Part shown: positions 1-14,775 of the stretch, piece by piece | Numbering within the stretch: the first letter of the stretch is position 1 | Layout of the letters: every line of letters begins with the position of its first letter | Assembly (NCBI GenBank): GCA_010909165.1 | Contig: MU008193.1 | Span: 248,001-312,000 of the forward strand | Source: Anthoceros angustus | Lineage: Eukaryota; Plantae; Anthocerotophyta | Reading direction: 5' to 3' | Length of the DNA: 64,000 nt | The notes under the pieces: generated by a model | The model's input: only the letters and a program-made list of their open reading frames with translations | The model's database searches: none | What the model was told of the DNA's origin: nothing | Position numbers and translations under genes: made by a program

Positions 1-1245
1 CAAAAGGCGAGGCCCAACTCCTCTGGTCAAACCATGCCATCCTTCCTCCACCCAGATCTGGTTCAGAGTGGAGGCAAGGCCCTTGTAAGAGGAAGCAGCA
101 ATCTTGGCCGTGAGTTCTGCATCAGCCCGTAACGTGGCCTGCACAGCCTCCGTACCCAACAAGACAGACTGTTTAGCTTGAGTCATGAGCCGCGTCTTGG
201 CAACATCCAGAGGAGTCGTGAGAGCAGCAGATATCACTCCCGCCAGAGCTCCAGAAGTCACACTCTGCCACGGCTCGAGATTGGTCTGTCCAGTTCTCCT
301 CAACCATCCTGCCTTGAGGTACTCAAAGGAAGAGAAACTGATGACACTGGCAGGGAGGTTTCTCGACAGTGCTGCCGAGTAGCCAGCATAAAGGCCAAGC
401 ACTCCGTCCTTCTGCACGGTTCTCAGCAACACCTCCCATGATCTTCCCACAGCTCCTGCCTGCATTCTCTGCGTGATAACTTCCTTCGGGACAAGGATGG
501 CCGAGGACACAATATTCCCCATGGCACCTGCCAGGGGAGGCACCAGCACGGGAGGGCAAGCCGGGATCCGGGCTAGGAGAGACTTCCCAAACTCACAGGT
601 GCCGAAGTAGATAGCAGATGACAGAACGGAACCAAATATCACAGCCGAAATTCCGCTGTAGAATCCAAGAATCCCCTTGGTTTTCAGTATCTTCATCGCC
701 ACATCCAGGGGGCCACTGTACAATTCAGCTGCACCTTTAGTCTGAAGCCTGGTCTTGATGGTGTCCAGCGGGTGTAGGCACGCATACGTGAATCCCCCCG
801 CTACCCCTCCAGCTGCAGCACCAATGCCAGCTCTCTCCAATGTGGAGATTTTCTTCATCAAAACCCTGGACTCCGAGCTGGCTTGAGCAGCCCGGTTGAT
901 CCACCCTACCTCATCGCTCCCTCTGCTATCTACAGCAGCTCCTGCGGACACAAACTTCACACTGGCACCAGCAAAACATGAATCCCGCCGCTTTCTCGAT
1001 CTTTGCTTCGAGCTGGCGCCTCTTTCCCACACCGACTTTCCAACTTCGTCGGGAAGGAATTTGAGAAGCCTGCTGCCATCGTTCCACCCGCCGTGAGCAC
1101 CTTCAACGAAAGGGCTGTACTCCACCTCAAAACCATCGACCATCTCTCCGAATCCGAGTGCAAAGAAAGGACCCGACTGTTGCGCAATCCGGTCTGAGAG
1201 ATGCCCTTGCAGGGTACGCCATTGCCGGCTTCCCGAGGGCGTCAT
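1..1245 (-). CDS. MFL1: Mitoferrin-like 1 plastid carrier (mitochondrial carrier family); intronless here, C-terminus runs off the window
   Basis: Open minus frame from ATG 1245 to base 1: ERAGIGAAAGGVAGGFTYACLHPLDTIKTRLQTKG...AIYFGTCEFGKS...VPKEVITQRMQAGA...TTPLDVAKTRLMTQ...EEGWHGLTRGVGPRLL. It has three MCF signature motifs and closely matches Arabidopsis MFL1 as I recall it. Start codon uncertain. Confidence 0.85.
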   Translation of the reverse strand, partial: MTPSGSRQWRTLQGHLSDRIAQQSGPFFALGFGEMVDGFEVEYSPFVEGAHGGWNDGSRLLKFLPDEVGKSVWERGASSKQRSRKRRDSCFAGASVKFVSAGAAVDSRGSDEVGWINRAAQASSESRVLMKKISTLERAGIGAAAGGVAGGFTYACLHPLDTIKTRLQTKGAAELYSGPLDVAMKILKTKGILGFYSGISAVIFGSVLSSAIYFGTCEFGKSLLARIPACPPVLVPPLAGAMGNIVSSAILVPKEVITQRMQAGAVGRSWEVLLRTVQKDGVLGLYAGYSAALSRNLPASVISFSSFEYLKAGWLRRTGQTNLEPWQSVTSGALAGVISAALTTPLDVAKTRLMTQAKQSVLLGTEAVQATLRADAELTAKIAASSYKGLASTLNQIWVEEGWHGLTRGVGPRLL

Positions 1246-1329
1246 CGCCGTCTTCTTTCACAACACTCACGCCGCGATCGGCGTGTCCGCCATCGCCACG
1301 GCTACGCTGCGCTACTCCCGTTTGCAGAT

Positions 1330-1339
1330 ATTAGGGTTT
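1330..1339 (-). promoter_or_regulatory. Telo-box (AAACCCTAA) upstream of MFL1
   Basis: attagggttt on + strand, about 90 nt upstream of the ATG. Confidence 0.35.
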
Positions 1340-1794
1340 CAATTCACTCACAAAGGGGGACACTCAAACACGAAACAGTACGAACAGAAGCTTGAAACCG
1401 ATGATGTCCGTCCTTATGCACAAGAATCACAAATTAAATTGTACACAAGCTGGAATTCGCTCGCATTTGAGAGCGTACAACCGATCCTCTTCGAGGTCAT
1501 CAGCGTCAGCTAGGAAATTAGTTGAACGGCCTGAGTCTCCATCTCTCGCTCTCAGGAGGCTCGCTGGTGTGTGGGGAAGATGAGAGGCTATAGCTTCACG
1601 GAACATCCTCCACAGTACCAGATTTGAGGTGCGCAGAGCTCCTCTCAGGGCTCCAAGGGCTCTCTTCTCTGCCGTTGCTCTGGGCAGATGAGCCCAGCCC
1701 TGACCAGATCCGCGGGTGGGATCCGATGGCGGGGCTCTGATGCACATGGGATGGATGTGGCTTGCCAAGGTCGGAACCACAGCTTCCACAGCCA

Positions 1795-4342
<2,548 letters not shown>

Positions 4343-5107
4343 AGCCTGGTGTCTCAATCCAGCAGCCTCAGCAGCACAGCAGATGCGAGAGAGCCGGGCC
4401 TCTCCTTCTGCTTCTCCTCCTGCTCGTTGCTGCACTTGCGGCCTATGCCTCTGCCTGTGCCTGTGCGTCGCAAGGCGCATTATAAGCTTCGCAGCTCCCG
4501 ACCGCGCAGCATTAGTTTAATGCATCCCAGCTGGCCGGGCTGAGAGGTGACGAGGAAGAGGAGGAAGAGGGGGAAGAGGAAGACGAGGTAGAAGAGGAAG
4601 AAATTTATTTAAGCCCAACGAGGATGAGGATGTGGCACGATAGACCGGATTCCCCACCCAGACGAGGTTGAGACCGCTGAGGGAGGGAGGCAGGGAGGGA
4701 AGAAAGGGTGGGACCTTGGGGAGCTCACTCAGGAGGGCACGGAGCAACACGATCCGATCCGGTGAGGTCACGCTCTCCCCGAACGGAAAGCAATGTGAGG
4801 GGAAGGAACGATTTGTTTGTGAGAAGCAAGCTGCGCCCGGATCGTTTTTGTTTGTGAGGAACAAGTTGCGCCAGGATGCCAGGATGCCAGCAAAGGCTTC
4901 CCGCTCGCCTCGTCGACAAGGCGCAAAATCGCAAAATCGCAAAACCGAGCCGACGAGGGAGACGAAAATCGCACTCACTAGACTACACGGGAACCGCGGC
5001 AGTAGGAGACGAAGCGTCCCGTTCCCTCGTTCCCCGGTTCCCTCTGGACGCAGGCCCACAAAAACCCACCGCCACCGCCGTGAGAACGAGACGGGGTCGC
5101 GGGGAGC

Positions 5108-5117
5108 GACACGTGGC
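5108..5117 (-). promoter_or_regulatory. ABRE/G-box upstream of CYP707A
   Basis: gacacgtggc is a canonical ACGT ABRE, about 770 nt upstream of the ATG; fits known ABA feedback induction of CYP707A genes. Confidence 0.45.
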
Positions 5118-6259
5118 CGCCCGGACTGCCCCGCCGCCGCCTTGTCTGCACGGGTTCCGTTACCCCGTATCCGTAGCCGGGCCGGGCCGGGCCGGGCCCG
5201 CGGCCCGTTAGGGCGCGGGCACCGGCAACCGCGTTGTCCCGGTGAGTGACACGGGGACCATATATCACCACGGGCTTCGTCAAATAGTATCATTTTTTAA
5301 GCTCCTGGCGCTGGGTGGCGGGTGGCGTGCTGGCTGCACGCTTCCTTCTTTCAGCCGCTGATATTTTGGATTCTAGGCCTTCTAAACAATGCCCTGAGCT
5401 TGTATATTTAGTTTGTTGGAAGGTGAGTTGGTGGGTGCTCCTCCAGTACCACATGTTATATGGAGTTCCGCAAACGGAACACAGGACATTTCGTGCTTCC
5501 ACACGGCTTCTTAAACTAAAAAGGCTGCTGGATTTGATGTTGCCCAATCATATTGTTCTATTGTGTCAAGTTGGGTGTCTTTTTGTACTACATTTATCTC
5601 GGTGTCCAATGTTAGTATGAGGAGTATCTTTCTACATATTGTTTGGTACCATACTTGGTGATAGATAGCATCCGTGCTAAGGAAGTATGTACATACTTAG
5701 AACTCTGGTGTGAAAGGAGGTCCCAGTCATGCGAGCTAGTGCTAGCACGCCGGGTGGTGCATGGATGATGATAAGCCACGCAGGAACACAGCGCAAAAAC
5801 GAGGTTTCTTTTTGGTTCAATCTCCTTCCTCGTATCGTTTTTGAACCCTCACCCTTGCCTCACCTCCATTTGTCTCTCCTTCCATGTTTTTCATGAGGTT
5901 TTTTTTTTTGATCAATTTCCTTCCCCGCATTCTTTTGAACCCTTAGTCCTTTCTCCATTTGTCTCTCCTTCCGTCTTTCCGATTTCCTCATAATTCGGTA
6001 GTCCGTTCCATCCTTTCCATATTTTCATACCCTTTTTATAAATTCATTTATTTATTACATTGTCAACTCCTTTTTCATGAAATCGTTGCCCTATATCCAT
6101 GATTTTATTTTCCTTTTCTTATCTTCTTAATTTCTTTTGCTTTCTTAGTTTCTATCCCTACTACCATTTTTTTTGTTCTTTCTTTTTGTTAAAAATATTC
6201 GTTCTTTTTTCATTCTATGCCCCTCCCCTTTACGTAGAGCGCACTCATATTAAGCAACA

Positions 6260-6508
6260 AGGGACGCCATTTAGTTAGAAGTGAGCACACCTTAATCATG
6301 TTAATCTAGAAGGGACGCCCTTAAGTTAGAAGTGATCACACCTTAATCATGTCAATCTAGACCTAGTAGTTCAACTAAAAAGAACTATAAGTAGTCGCTG
6401 ATGTAATCTAGACCTAGTAGTTCAGCTAAAAAGAACTATAAGTAGTCGCTGATTTAATCTAGACCTAGTAGTTCAGCTAAAAAGAACTATAAGTAGTCAC
6501 TGATGTAA
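6260..6508. repeat. 51-bp period minisatellite, five units of two sequence types (A,A,B,B,B)
   Basis: Type A agggacgcc...aatctaga at 6260 and 6311; type B aatctagacctagtagttc...gctgatgt at 6354, 6405, 6456. Confidence 0.85.
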
Positions 6509-6629
6509 TTAGTTAAGTGAAAGGCTAGCGAAAGAATGCACCTCTTTGTGATCCTTTATATGCCCACCTGAAAACCAATCATTGTTAACGAAGCATCTCC
6601 TTCATGTTAGACACTTTTCCTTGATGTTA

Positions 6630-6812
6630 GACACTCGCAAAAAACTCAAATATCATGCAAGGACAAAGCATATCGATATATGCAATCATTTTGTAAGGAA
6701 ATTGATCGTAGAATAGCAAGAATATACACCGACGGAGGAGAACCCAGCGGATATCTCCATGAAGAGCTTGTCAAATACCAAGCATCATAATTCACATCTG
6801 CTTTAGGCCTCA
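6630..6812 (+). mobile_element. Ty1/copia RNase H C-terminal remnant
   Basis: Translates (with a frameshift and a stop) to TLAKNS/KYHARTKHIDICNHFVRKLIVE*QEYTPTEENPADISMKSL; copia consensus is LAKNPV.HARTKHIDIRYHFVRE...YVPTEENPADIFTK. Confidence 0.8.
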
Positions 6813-9800
6813 TTGATCTCACATAATCAAGGTGATTTTGCTTTCGGTGGGAACGATTCAAATGGTTGTCATGACCTCTTCCACGTCGCACGTGTGTAGT
6901 TGGTTTTCTTGGCATGTGCAATCATATGGTGAGTGAACAGGACATACAAGTTACCAACAATTTACAAATCTATTACATGCGGCGGCGTGGTTTCTGTGAC
7001 ACTAGTTCACAAGAAGATACATGCATCTTATGTGAATTTGACGCCCTTCAACCTATTCATTTATCATAACATTTAATTTAATTTCTCACATGTGCGCCAG
7101 AATTATCAAGTCAATAGCAAATTATGTGCTGATCACATCTCGAGGGAGACCATTTCTGCGTGGCTCATGTGGGTCAATGCGGGAGGAGATATCTCCCCAA
7201 CAAAGACCTTGATCTTGAAACCTGTTTATTTTTGTCCTGAAGGTTATCCTCGATCCCCCAAATCTAAGTCGAATACAGTTCACTTACCAACTTTCCAAGT
7301 TTGTGTACTATGAAAACCACTTTAGATAAGATTGGCGATCTTATCTGCTTCAATGCCTCCTCCTAGCGCTAACCGCGCACTCTAGAAGGTGAACAAAATT
7401 TTCATTTCACCACTATCTGTGTAGTGTGGCCATAGATTTGTAATCCCATTCAAGTTCTTGTATATTCACACACGCTTATTTATACTCATCATCGTTGGAA
7501 GTGCGCACTGCAATATGTTTTATGTTCCTCTTTTTGAGAATGAGAATTATTTGAATGAGAACGAAAATGAGAATGGAAATGGAAATAATTTGCCCTCATT
7601 CTCATGTCCAAAGTTTGCCTAAATTCACAAACCAAAAGCGTCAATATCTCACATCCCTGGTAGTGTGTCTAGTTTCGAATCAATTTTTCGGTCTATAGTA
7701 GAGATAGAGTCAAGTGATTAAAGTCAAATGCTGAGGTAAATTTTTTTTGTAAAACTTCCTTAGATTAATTTATAGAATAATAACACTGAACAATGAAAAA
7801 ATTGAAGAATTATTTTATATGGGGCAAGCTTAAGTTAAGCTTTGTTTCAATTCAAGATTTCCATGTAATTAAGTCTTTTTCCTTTAGTCTTACCTTGTGT
7901 TCCTCAAGCGTCGCCTTATTCCTTCGATCTCTTGCCCAATAAGAACTAGCTCATGATAACCTCTCAAATCCTCTTCCTTACATATGCTATACTTTTTCTC
8001 AAGCTCGTGCTTTTTTATTTTCTTTTTGTTACCTAGCTTTTACTTTTAGCCTAGTTTGCTTGTTCTAAAAGGTGTTATAGCCTTGGAATCTAATCCATTT
8101 TTTAATCTTTCTTGTGCTTTGTGTTATACCTGTATCACACCACAAGTTCATAGTAGGTGCTAGTCACATGATATTGGTTTACGTGGACAAGCATCATGTG
8201 AAGTTCTTATAAGCTCATGTTTGTTGCACACCGAAGGCTTTGGATGCATAACAATTACTTGATGATATATGATCATATTAGAGTTGTTATTAAAACCATA
8301 GGAAAATGTGTCATTAGTGAAGCTAACCAAAATTTGATGAAAGAACGACAAACAATAGGTGCAATTAAAGGAAGTTAGATTTTGAAGGTATTCTATGTAC
8401 AGGGCTAGATGTTAGCTTCTATTTGCAGAGACTTGAAGCTAGATTTCTTCTTGCACACTACAAGTCTAAAAAAAATGGTGTAATGTTTAGCATAGAACTG
8501 TTCCATGTAATAGGACAAAAGAAGTGTTATGGTACATATACATAAATCTACCAACCGGCCATATTTTGTAAATCTTGATCTACATGGCGATCCGAAGTGC
8601 TCTAGGTACAATAAACCTAATACACATTGTCTTCTTTAACTTTCATTAGTCCATTTGTCGCTTTAACTATATTCTACCAATCATATGTTATTTTTGTAAA
8701 GGATTCAATAGACATTGGATTATGTATAGGCAAATAATAATAAGCGTGTTGGACATACCCTATTACGCGATGAACACTAGCATATATCAAACAAAGCGTA
8801 GTTAAATTACTATAGTACGGCTAGAATTAGTGGATCTACTTTTTGTTTCTTTAATGAGTAAAGCAAAAATTCAAGAGTTGATGAAATAATAATATCAGTA
8901 TGACGCAACATTTGCTGCTTCAAACATGCACACGACTTAAATAATAAGTTTTATGCGAGATTAATGTAACGAGAGGATGAATATTATACAAAGGGAAATA
9001 TGTACAAGTAGAAAATAGGCAATCTACTTGTCTCTATGAACATATATTAAATCGAGATAATAACAAATCAAAAGCAAATAAAACCAACAAATGAAAGTTT
9101 AGAAATCCATCCGTCCACATGGACAAGTATCAAACGAAATTAAAACAATTTGTAAGAAGATTGCAAAGGTTGGACATATATCAAATCAAAGACCAAAATA
9201 ATAAAATAATATGTTGGAAGGTTGCAAAAGAAGATTGCAAAGATTACAAAGAAGAGTTAAAATATATGAAATAAGAGTTAGCTAATAGGACAAATCGAAC
9301 AAACGGAAGGTGAGGAATCTACTTGTCTCCGCCATGTATTATTATAAATAAGACTAGGAAAACAAAATCAGATCCACAATCAGATCCACCCAGATATCCA
9401 CAATCAGAGCCACCCAAAACAAGTGAATTCGAAAGAGTGAAGAAAAGGGAAGGGGCCACCTATGGAACCCGGAACTCGGTAGACCTGGTGCTCGAAGATG
9501 CCGAGGAAAGAGGAAAGGGGCACATGTGTAGGGCCCAGGGTTGACATGGATCACGTTGACATAGGTGGAGTTGACCTGACACAAGACACCTGCATTTTGG
9601 TTATAAATGCCGGCCTTATATTTTGGGCCAAAATTTGGCATAGTTGACCCGGTTTCCCTGGGCAGTCGCAAAAGCTTCCATCCGGATTCGGCACACCCAA
9701 ACCGCGGGCCAGGAGTGGTTGACTCCCGCGCTCTGCAAAAGCATCATCTTAAAAAAAACGTAGAGCGAAAACAAAACGATATGTGAATGGGCCCATTCAC

Positions 9801-10299
9801 ATATCGCCCTGGTCCCATTGCCACGGCGGAGCAGGTTTGAGCCCATCACATCCCATCCCATCCCATCCGATTCCCAGATCCTGTCTGCACTCCGTCCCAG
9901 TTACCTGACCTACTTGGATCGAGGACACGTGGCGCCCAGAGACAGCCCTGGGTACAGTCACCAGAGCCTCCCACAGCGCTCCTACAACTGTAAAGCGTGC
10001 GGGGATAGTATCTGCGTGATGGCAGCACCCGCCCGGCTATTGGCCCGCGCAGCATCAAACACTTCCAGGCCAGCTGTGTTGCACCCATAACCACCGGGTG
10101 GAGATTGATGAATTGGAATGTGATGAAGTGGCTCTCTCTGTTTACTTCTCTTCCGTCTTTTGAACTCCTTGCCTTCCCTTCCCTTCCCTTCCCTTCCCTT
10201 CTGTCCTGCTCGCTCGTCCCTGTCAGACACCGGCACAATCAGCTCGGGTTCCGTCCATGGCACCTCGAATGTGTGTGTCCCTGCGTGCTGCACAACGAT

Positions 10300-11800
10300 T
10301 TGGGCTATCTCCCAGCTCCGGATTCATGAAGACAGGGACAGAGTGGGAGATGGGAGAGGTGATCTTGGGCCTGCACCTGGTTGGGTCGAGTTGAACAAAC
10401 ATATGGAGCGACAGCTGGCGATGGATACATTGTCACCAACTTCTGCCTGCATTAGTTACCTGTAACCTGTCCCGGCCGGGGTCCGGGCTGCACACAGATG
10501 GCTGTGATAGCGAAAGTACATCAATTCGGGCATCAGGAACCGAAGTACGAAAACGTTTTGGCAAGAACCTCGCAAGTGGCGTCTGCTGAAACAGGGTAGG
10601 CGAATGCTTACAGGGCGGGCCCTGCCCTGCAGTGACAGCTTGCAAGGGCGAGATATCTTGGCAACCTGGGCGGCTGCTCCAGTACAGATGGAATTGGGAC
10701 CTGGGTTCCGCAGGGATCAACACACACGGTTAGCCAAACATGAATAGTACAGTCGAATTCGACAGTGACGAGAGACGGGGGCAGGGGGGGAGCCCCTCAC
10801 TCACCCCGACAACACCTCCTGCCTCCCGCCTATTTCGGGGGAAAGCGAGGACGAGGAATGGCCATGTCGCCCACGCCACCCTCGATGGGCATCGGAAGCT
10901 GGGCCCGCTGCGCCACGTAAAGTATTGTGAGGGATGTGAAGCAAGCGGACTGGATGGGAAATATCAAAACGAGAGTCCGAGAAAGATAGAAAGATGTGCA
11001 AAACCTGCTGCGTACACTGCTTCTCATCCAGCTGTCGCCGAGGTCGAGCCAACCGCTGCTCCCACTTCCTGGGCCTGACCCAGGGTTTGCGACATTCTCC
11101 ATGGCCGTCCACGTTGGAGATCTGTATACCAGCAGTTCCCATGTGATTTCCTTCCTGTGGTCCTGTGGCTGACAAAGTTGTGCTCTGTCGTGACGCAAGG
11201 CCGGCATGGGCTGCGGTGCAGGCAGCCAACATTTCGCATGCTTGACCTGCTTTTCTTCCATCCTCCTTCACTGGGTGCGGAACATTCCCATCTGGTGGGG
11301 TGTCGGTCTCTGTGGGTGTGCACTGTACAGTACCCTGTCCTGTGCGGAAGGTCGAGCGGTACCCCACCTTCCCTCTTCTTCTCCTGCAACAGGAATCAGG
11401 ATGTGTCCATATCACTTCCCTCAGATTCCCAAACCCAACGGGTTGAGAACTTGAGCAGATCTTTCCGAACGGCTTCAGCAGGATCTTCAAGGTCCTTGCA
11501 CTCGGGCGGACAGTGATTGCAGTACCAGAGCTCCCATCTTCCACCACTTCGGTCCTCTGCTGTCTGACCAAGCTGGTGCCAAGTTGCCCATCCGCTGGCC
11601 TAGACCTTATCCGTAACACAGCTCCAGAGAAGTCCAGGTTGACAAACCCCACGGCCTCACCTCCCTGCAACCGGGTTTGCTATCCGTAGGGAAACAAAGA
11701 GGGTCCAGTTGACGGAAGTCACCAAACGGTGCAGATGACGCAGGACATGTCCTGCTCCTGTGCTCTGAAGGCTCCACTGTCATGTGAATACCAAATTGGA
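10300..11800 (-). other. Unidentified spliced gene or gene remnant
   Basis: Several GT/AG-like sites on the minus strand (GGAG|gtgag 11661, ttgcag| near 11385, GCAG|gtcaa near 11245, ttgtcag| near 11168, CAG|gtaact near 10460) and a long open frame at 10801-11670. No family recognised. Confidence 0.3.
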
Positions 11801-12562
11801 AAGCTCCACCCATACAGCAGGGAAAAGAGAGCAACCTTGCAATCCTGAAAATCTCCAGTACAGTCTAGTGCAATGCAGCTTCGCTGAAAGCTGCACTCCT
11901 TTAAACACATCCAGCTCATAGACTCTAGCAAAGCGCAACCTGCAACTCGAAAGTCTGCAGTACAGCCAATTGAGTTGCAGCAGTACAGCCTCAAGGCATG
12001 CAGTTCCAAAGAAACATGGGTTGCCTCCTGTCGCACTGCTCTTTGATTCGAAGGGAAGAAAGGTTAAACACATCCAGCTCATACAATGGTTGGCTGCAGC
12101 ATGTTTTACACTCCACAAACATCCAGAAACAGCCTACAGAATGACTGTACCACGAACCAGGGCACCAATTCCTGCTGTCATTGCAGATGCAAGCAAAACC
12201 AAGCCTTCCAGTGCCTGGTAACAGTTTGCTGTTTGCAGGCTACAACTTCGGCAGGTACCAGACAGTCAATTGCACACGACAAAGACATGGCAAAGAACGG
12301 AAGCAGCCACCAATAAACCTCAGAAAGCAAGATCCAAACCTCCGACAGGGCATAAATGTGCTTCCAGATTTCTGATGAGAATATTAAATATGCATGCCAA
12401 CAGGCCAGACTCTCCATGCAAAACAGTGGACCAGACACAACCAATATTAAGGATGCACAACAGTGCACCTACAGTCACCTTCATTCAAAAAAAAAAAAAC
12501 AAGGTTGTGACCAGCGTCACAAGATTTCCGAAACATTCAAAGAACTACTACTCAGCCTCAAT

Positions 12563-13245
12563 CTAAGATGGCGCTTTGGCAGCTTGCTCATCCTTCGTCT
12601 CTGGATTTTCAAAACTTTCTCGAGAGTCTTGAGCTCCTTCACAACGAAGGCACGCTTGATTCTGAAACCCCAACCCCAAGGGCCAGCGAAAGAGCTGCAA
12701 GATAACAGAGAAAAAATTTTGCACTGCATAAATTCTAGGTCACCCTACCTCTCCCGAACGCGGAGCTACACAAATGTCCACCATATGCGCGGTTCACAGT
12801 CTTCCAGAGTCTCTCTTTAACCTGTCAGTTCTGCACTCCCTAGGCCTCAACTGAGGGATCTGGAAGTCACAACCAAAGCAATATAGATCAGGCCCTCCGC
12901 GCACACCAATTCCTAGAACCCTATGAAAACCTAGAAACTAAGCCGGTCCTCATCTGCCTCTACCCGGAACACACACAGCATACGGGCCCCACAGGACACG
13001 GGCACGTTGCGCACTTTTCTTAGCCGTCTGGAAGACGAGCTTCTCAATCGAATTGCCATATAAAAGTTCCCAGCATCGAAAAACAGTTCTGCAGCTTCAT
13101 TTCCCCCATGAAAACATGCCTGGAGTCTGCTCCACACGAGTCTGATTCAACTGCGGCCATCGGTAGGCGGTAAGCCTGTGGATGGAGCTCATGTCTGATT
13201 CAAGTGCGGCCGTTGTAGGCGATAAGCCTCTGGATGGGGCTCATG
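12563..13245 (-). pseudogene. RPL34: Degenerate tandem copy of RPL34
   Basis: Homologues of all four exons (KLVFQTAKK; IPQLRPRE; KTVNRAYGG; IKRAFVVKELKTLEKVLKIQ), with frameshifts in exons 2-3 and a 53-bp duplication of exon 1 (13141-13245). Confidence 0.8.
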
Positions 13246-14066
13246 TAGGGAAGTGTTGAATTTTGATGTGCACAACAATCCAAAACATTGCAATTCAGAT
13301 AAACCATTAGCCAGGTTCCCCACCTAGATATTACACATAGAATCACTCGTTTGTGATGGTTGAATGGAGAAAAATGCGAGGATTCCAACCCCTTGCGTGT
13401 GCATCATACAACTGGGAGCTGCCTGCAACCAAGTGCGACACTCCAACCAAATGGCACGCAGCAGCACAGCCTTATACAATGCAGTCCCGCAGAGACATCA
13501 AATAGACATGTCTATATACTTAGCAACACAAGAGAAGAAAGGTTGAACATATCCAGCTCGTAGGGAAGGTTGCAGCATCGTTTACAATCAATCCAGATCA
13601 AAGCACAGCCAAGAGAAGGCGGAGGACCATCAGAGCAACAGCTCCTGATTCCAATACGTAGAGCCAGTAGTGCCTGGATAATCCTCCGCCATTCGCAGTC
13701 TACAACTTAGGCAGGTAGCAGACTGTACGACGGGACACAGTGCTAGACGCCGCTAACAAACCTTTTTACGGGAGAATATCACCCCTCGAGGACTACAGAC
13801 AGGGAAAACGTGCGTCCAGATTCCTAAAACTGCAATGGCTTACTGAGAACTCAAACCGCGCATGCTAACGAGGAGGCTCATCCGCAAAGGAAAAAAAAAA
13901 AACCTTCCATGCCAAATTGATGTCGGGTTGACCAGCCAACTATCTCTACTACACCAATAATAAGCATGCACAACAGTGCACCTCCAAACACCTTTACTCG
14001 AAAAGGAGATTGTGACCAATGTCACAGATTTCCCGAAACAATCGAATGATTACTAGTCGCCTCAAT

Positions 14067-14775
14067 CTAAGACTGGGCTTTGGCAGCTTGCTTTTCCTTC
14101 GATTTCTGGATTTTCAGAACTTTCTTCACAATCTTCTGCTCCTCCACGAGGAAGGCGCGGATGATTCTGCAGCGCACCATCAAGGACAACTCAAGGTCAC
14201 ATCAAGGCTGCAAACTAAGCAAGCAGGAATCGCGCTCCATGAAACCTAGTAAAGTCAAGTGGTAACCCTACCTCTCCCGAACGGCGGAGCCACAAATATT
14301 TCCGCCATACGCACGGTTCACAGTCTTCCTGTGCCTGTGCAACCTCCCAGTTCTGTACTCCGCTGGCCTCAAATGGGGGATCTATGCATCAACGCCAAAG
14401 TAGGTCAGGAATGCGTCGGCCCACACCCATTTCTAGAACCCTATCAAACCCTAAAAACTTGACAACTGGTCCGCTGCCTCACCCCAGGAATCCGCTTCCC
14501 CGTCACACTGCATATCGGCCCATTCGCCCTCTTCTTAGCTGTCTGGAAGACGAGCTTCCCACCTGCAACCCGTCGCAGTTCACAGCATCAAAAACCCCAA
14601 TCAGTTCGCAGCATCAAAAACCCCCAAAAAACCAATTCTGCAGCTTCAATCCTCAAGCACTACATCAGACAAGCACAACATAACTGGGACACCCACCAGG
14701 AGTCTTCACGACCCGAGTCTGGTTGGACTTGGTCGCGTAGCAGTGCCGCCGCCGGTAGGTGAGCCTTTGCACCAT
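14067..14775 (-). CDS. RPL34: 60S ribosomal protein L34 (eL34), 4 exons, 122 aa
   Basis: Exons 14775-14697, 14562-14483, 14381-14272, 14166-14067 total 369 nt: [62 protein letters not shown]...[35 protein letters not shown]. Confidence 0.95.

Noticed and set aside
4517-5293. 258-aa and 193-aa ORFs upstream of CYP707A
   Set aside because: GC-rich, low-complexity promoter sequence with non-ATG starts and no domain
6260-6508. CRISPR-like appearance of short arrays (also 24081-24197)
   Set aside because: Units are contiguous with no unique spacers, there are no cas genes, and the context is eukaryotic
7000-9400. AT-rich island with short protein-like stretches (e.g. YDHIRVVIKTIGKCVISEAN near 8270)
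   Set aside because: Probably TE debris, but no diagnostic motif, TIR or Helitron end could be assigned
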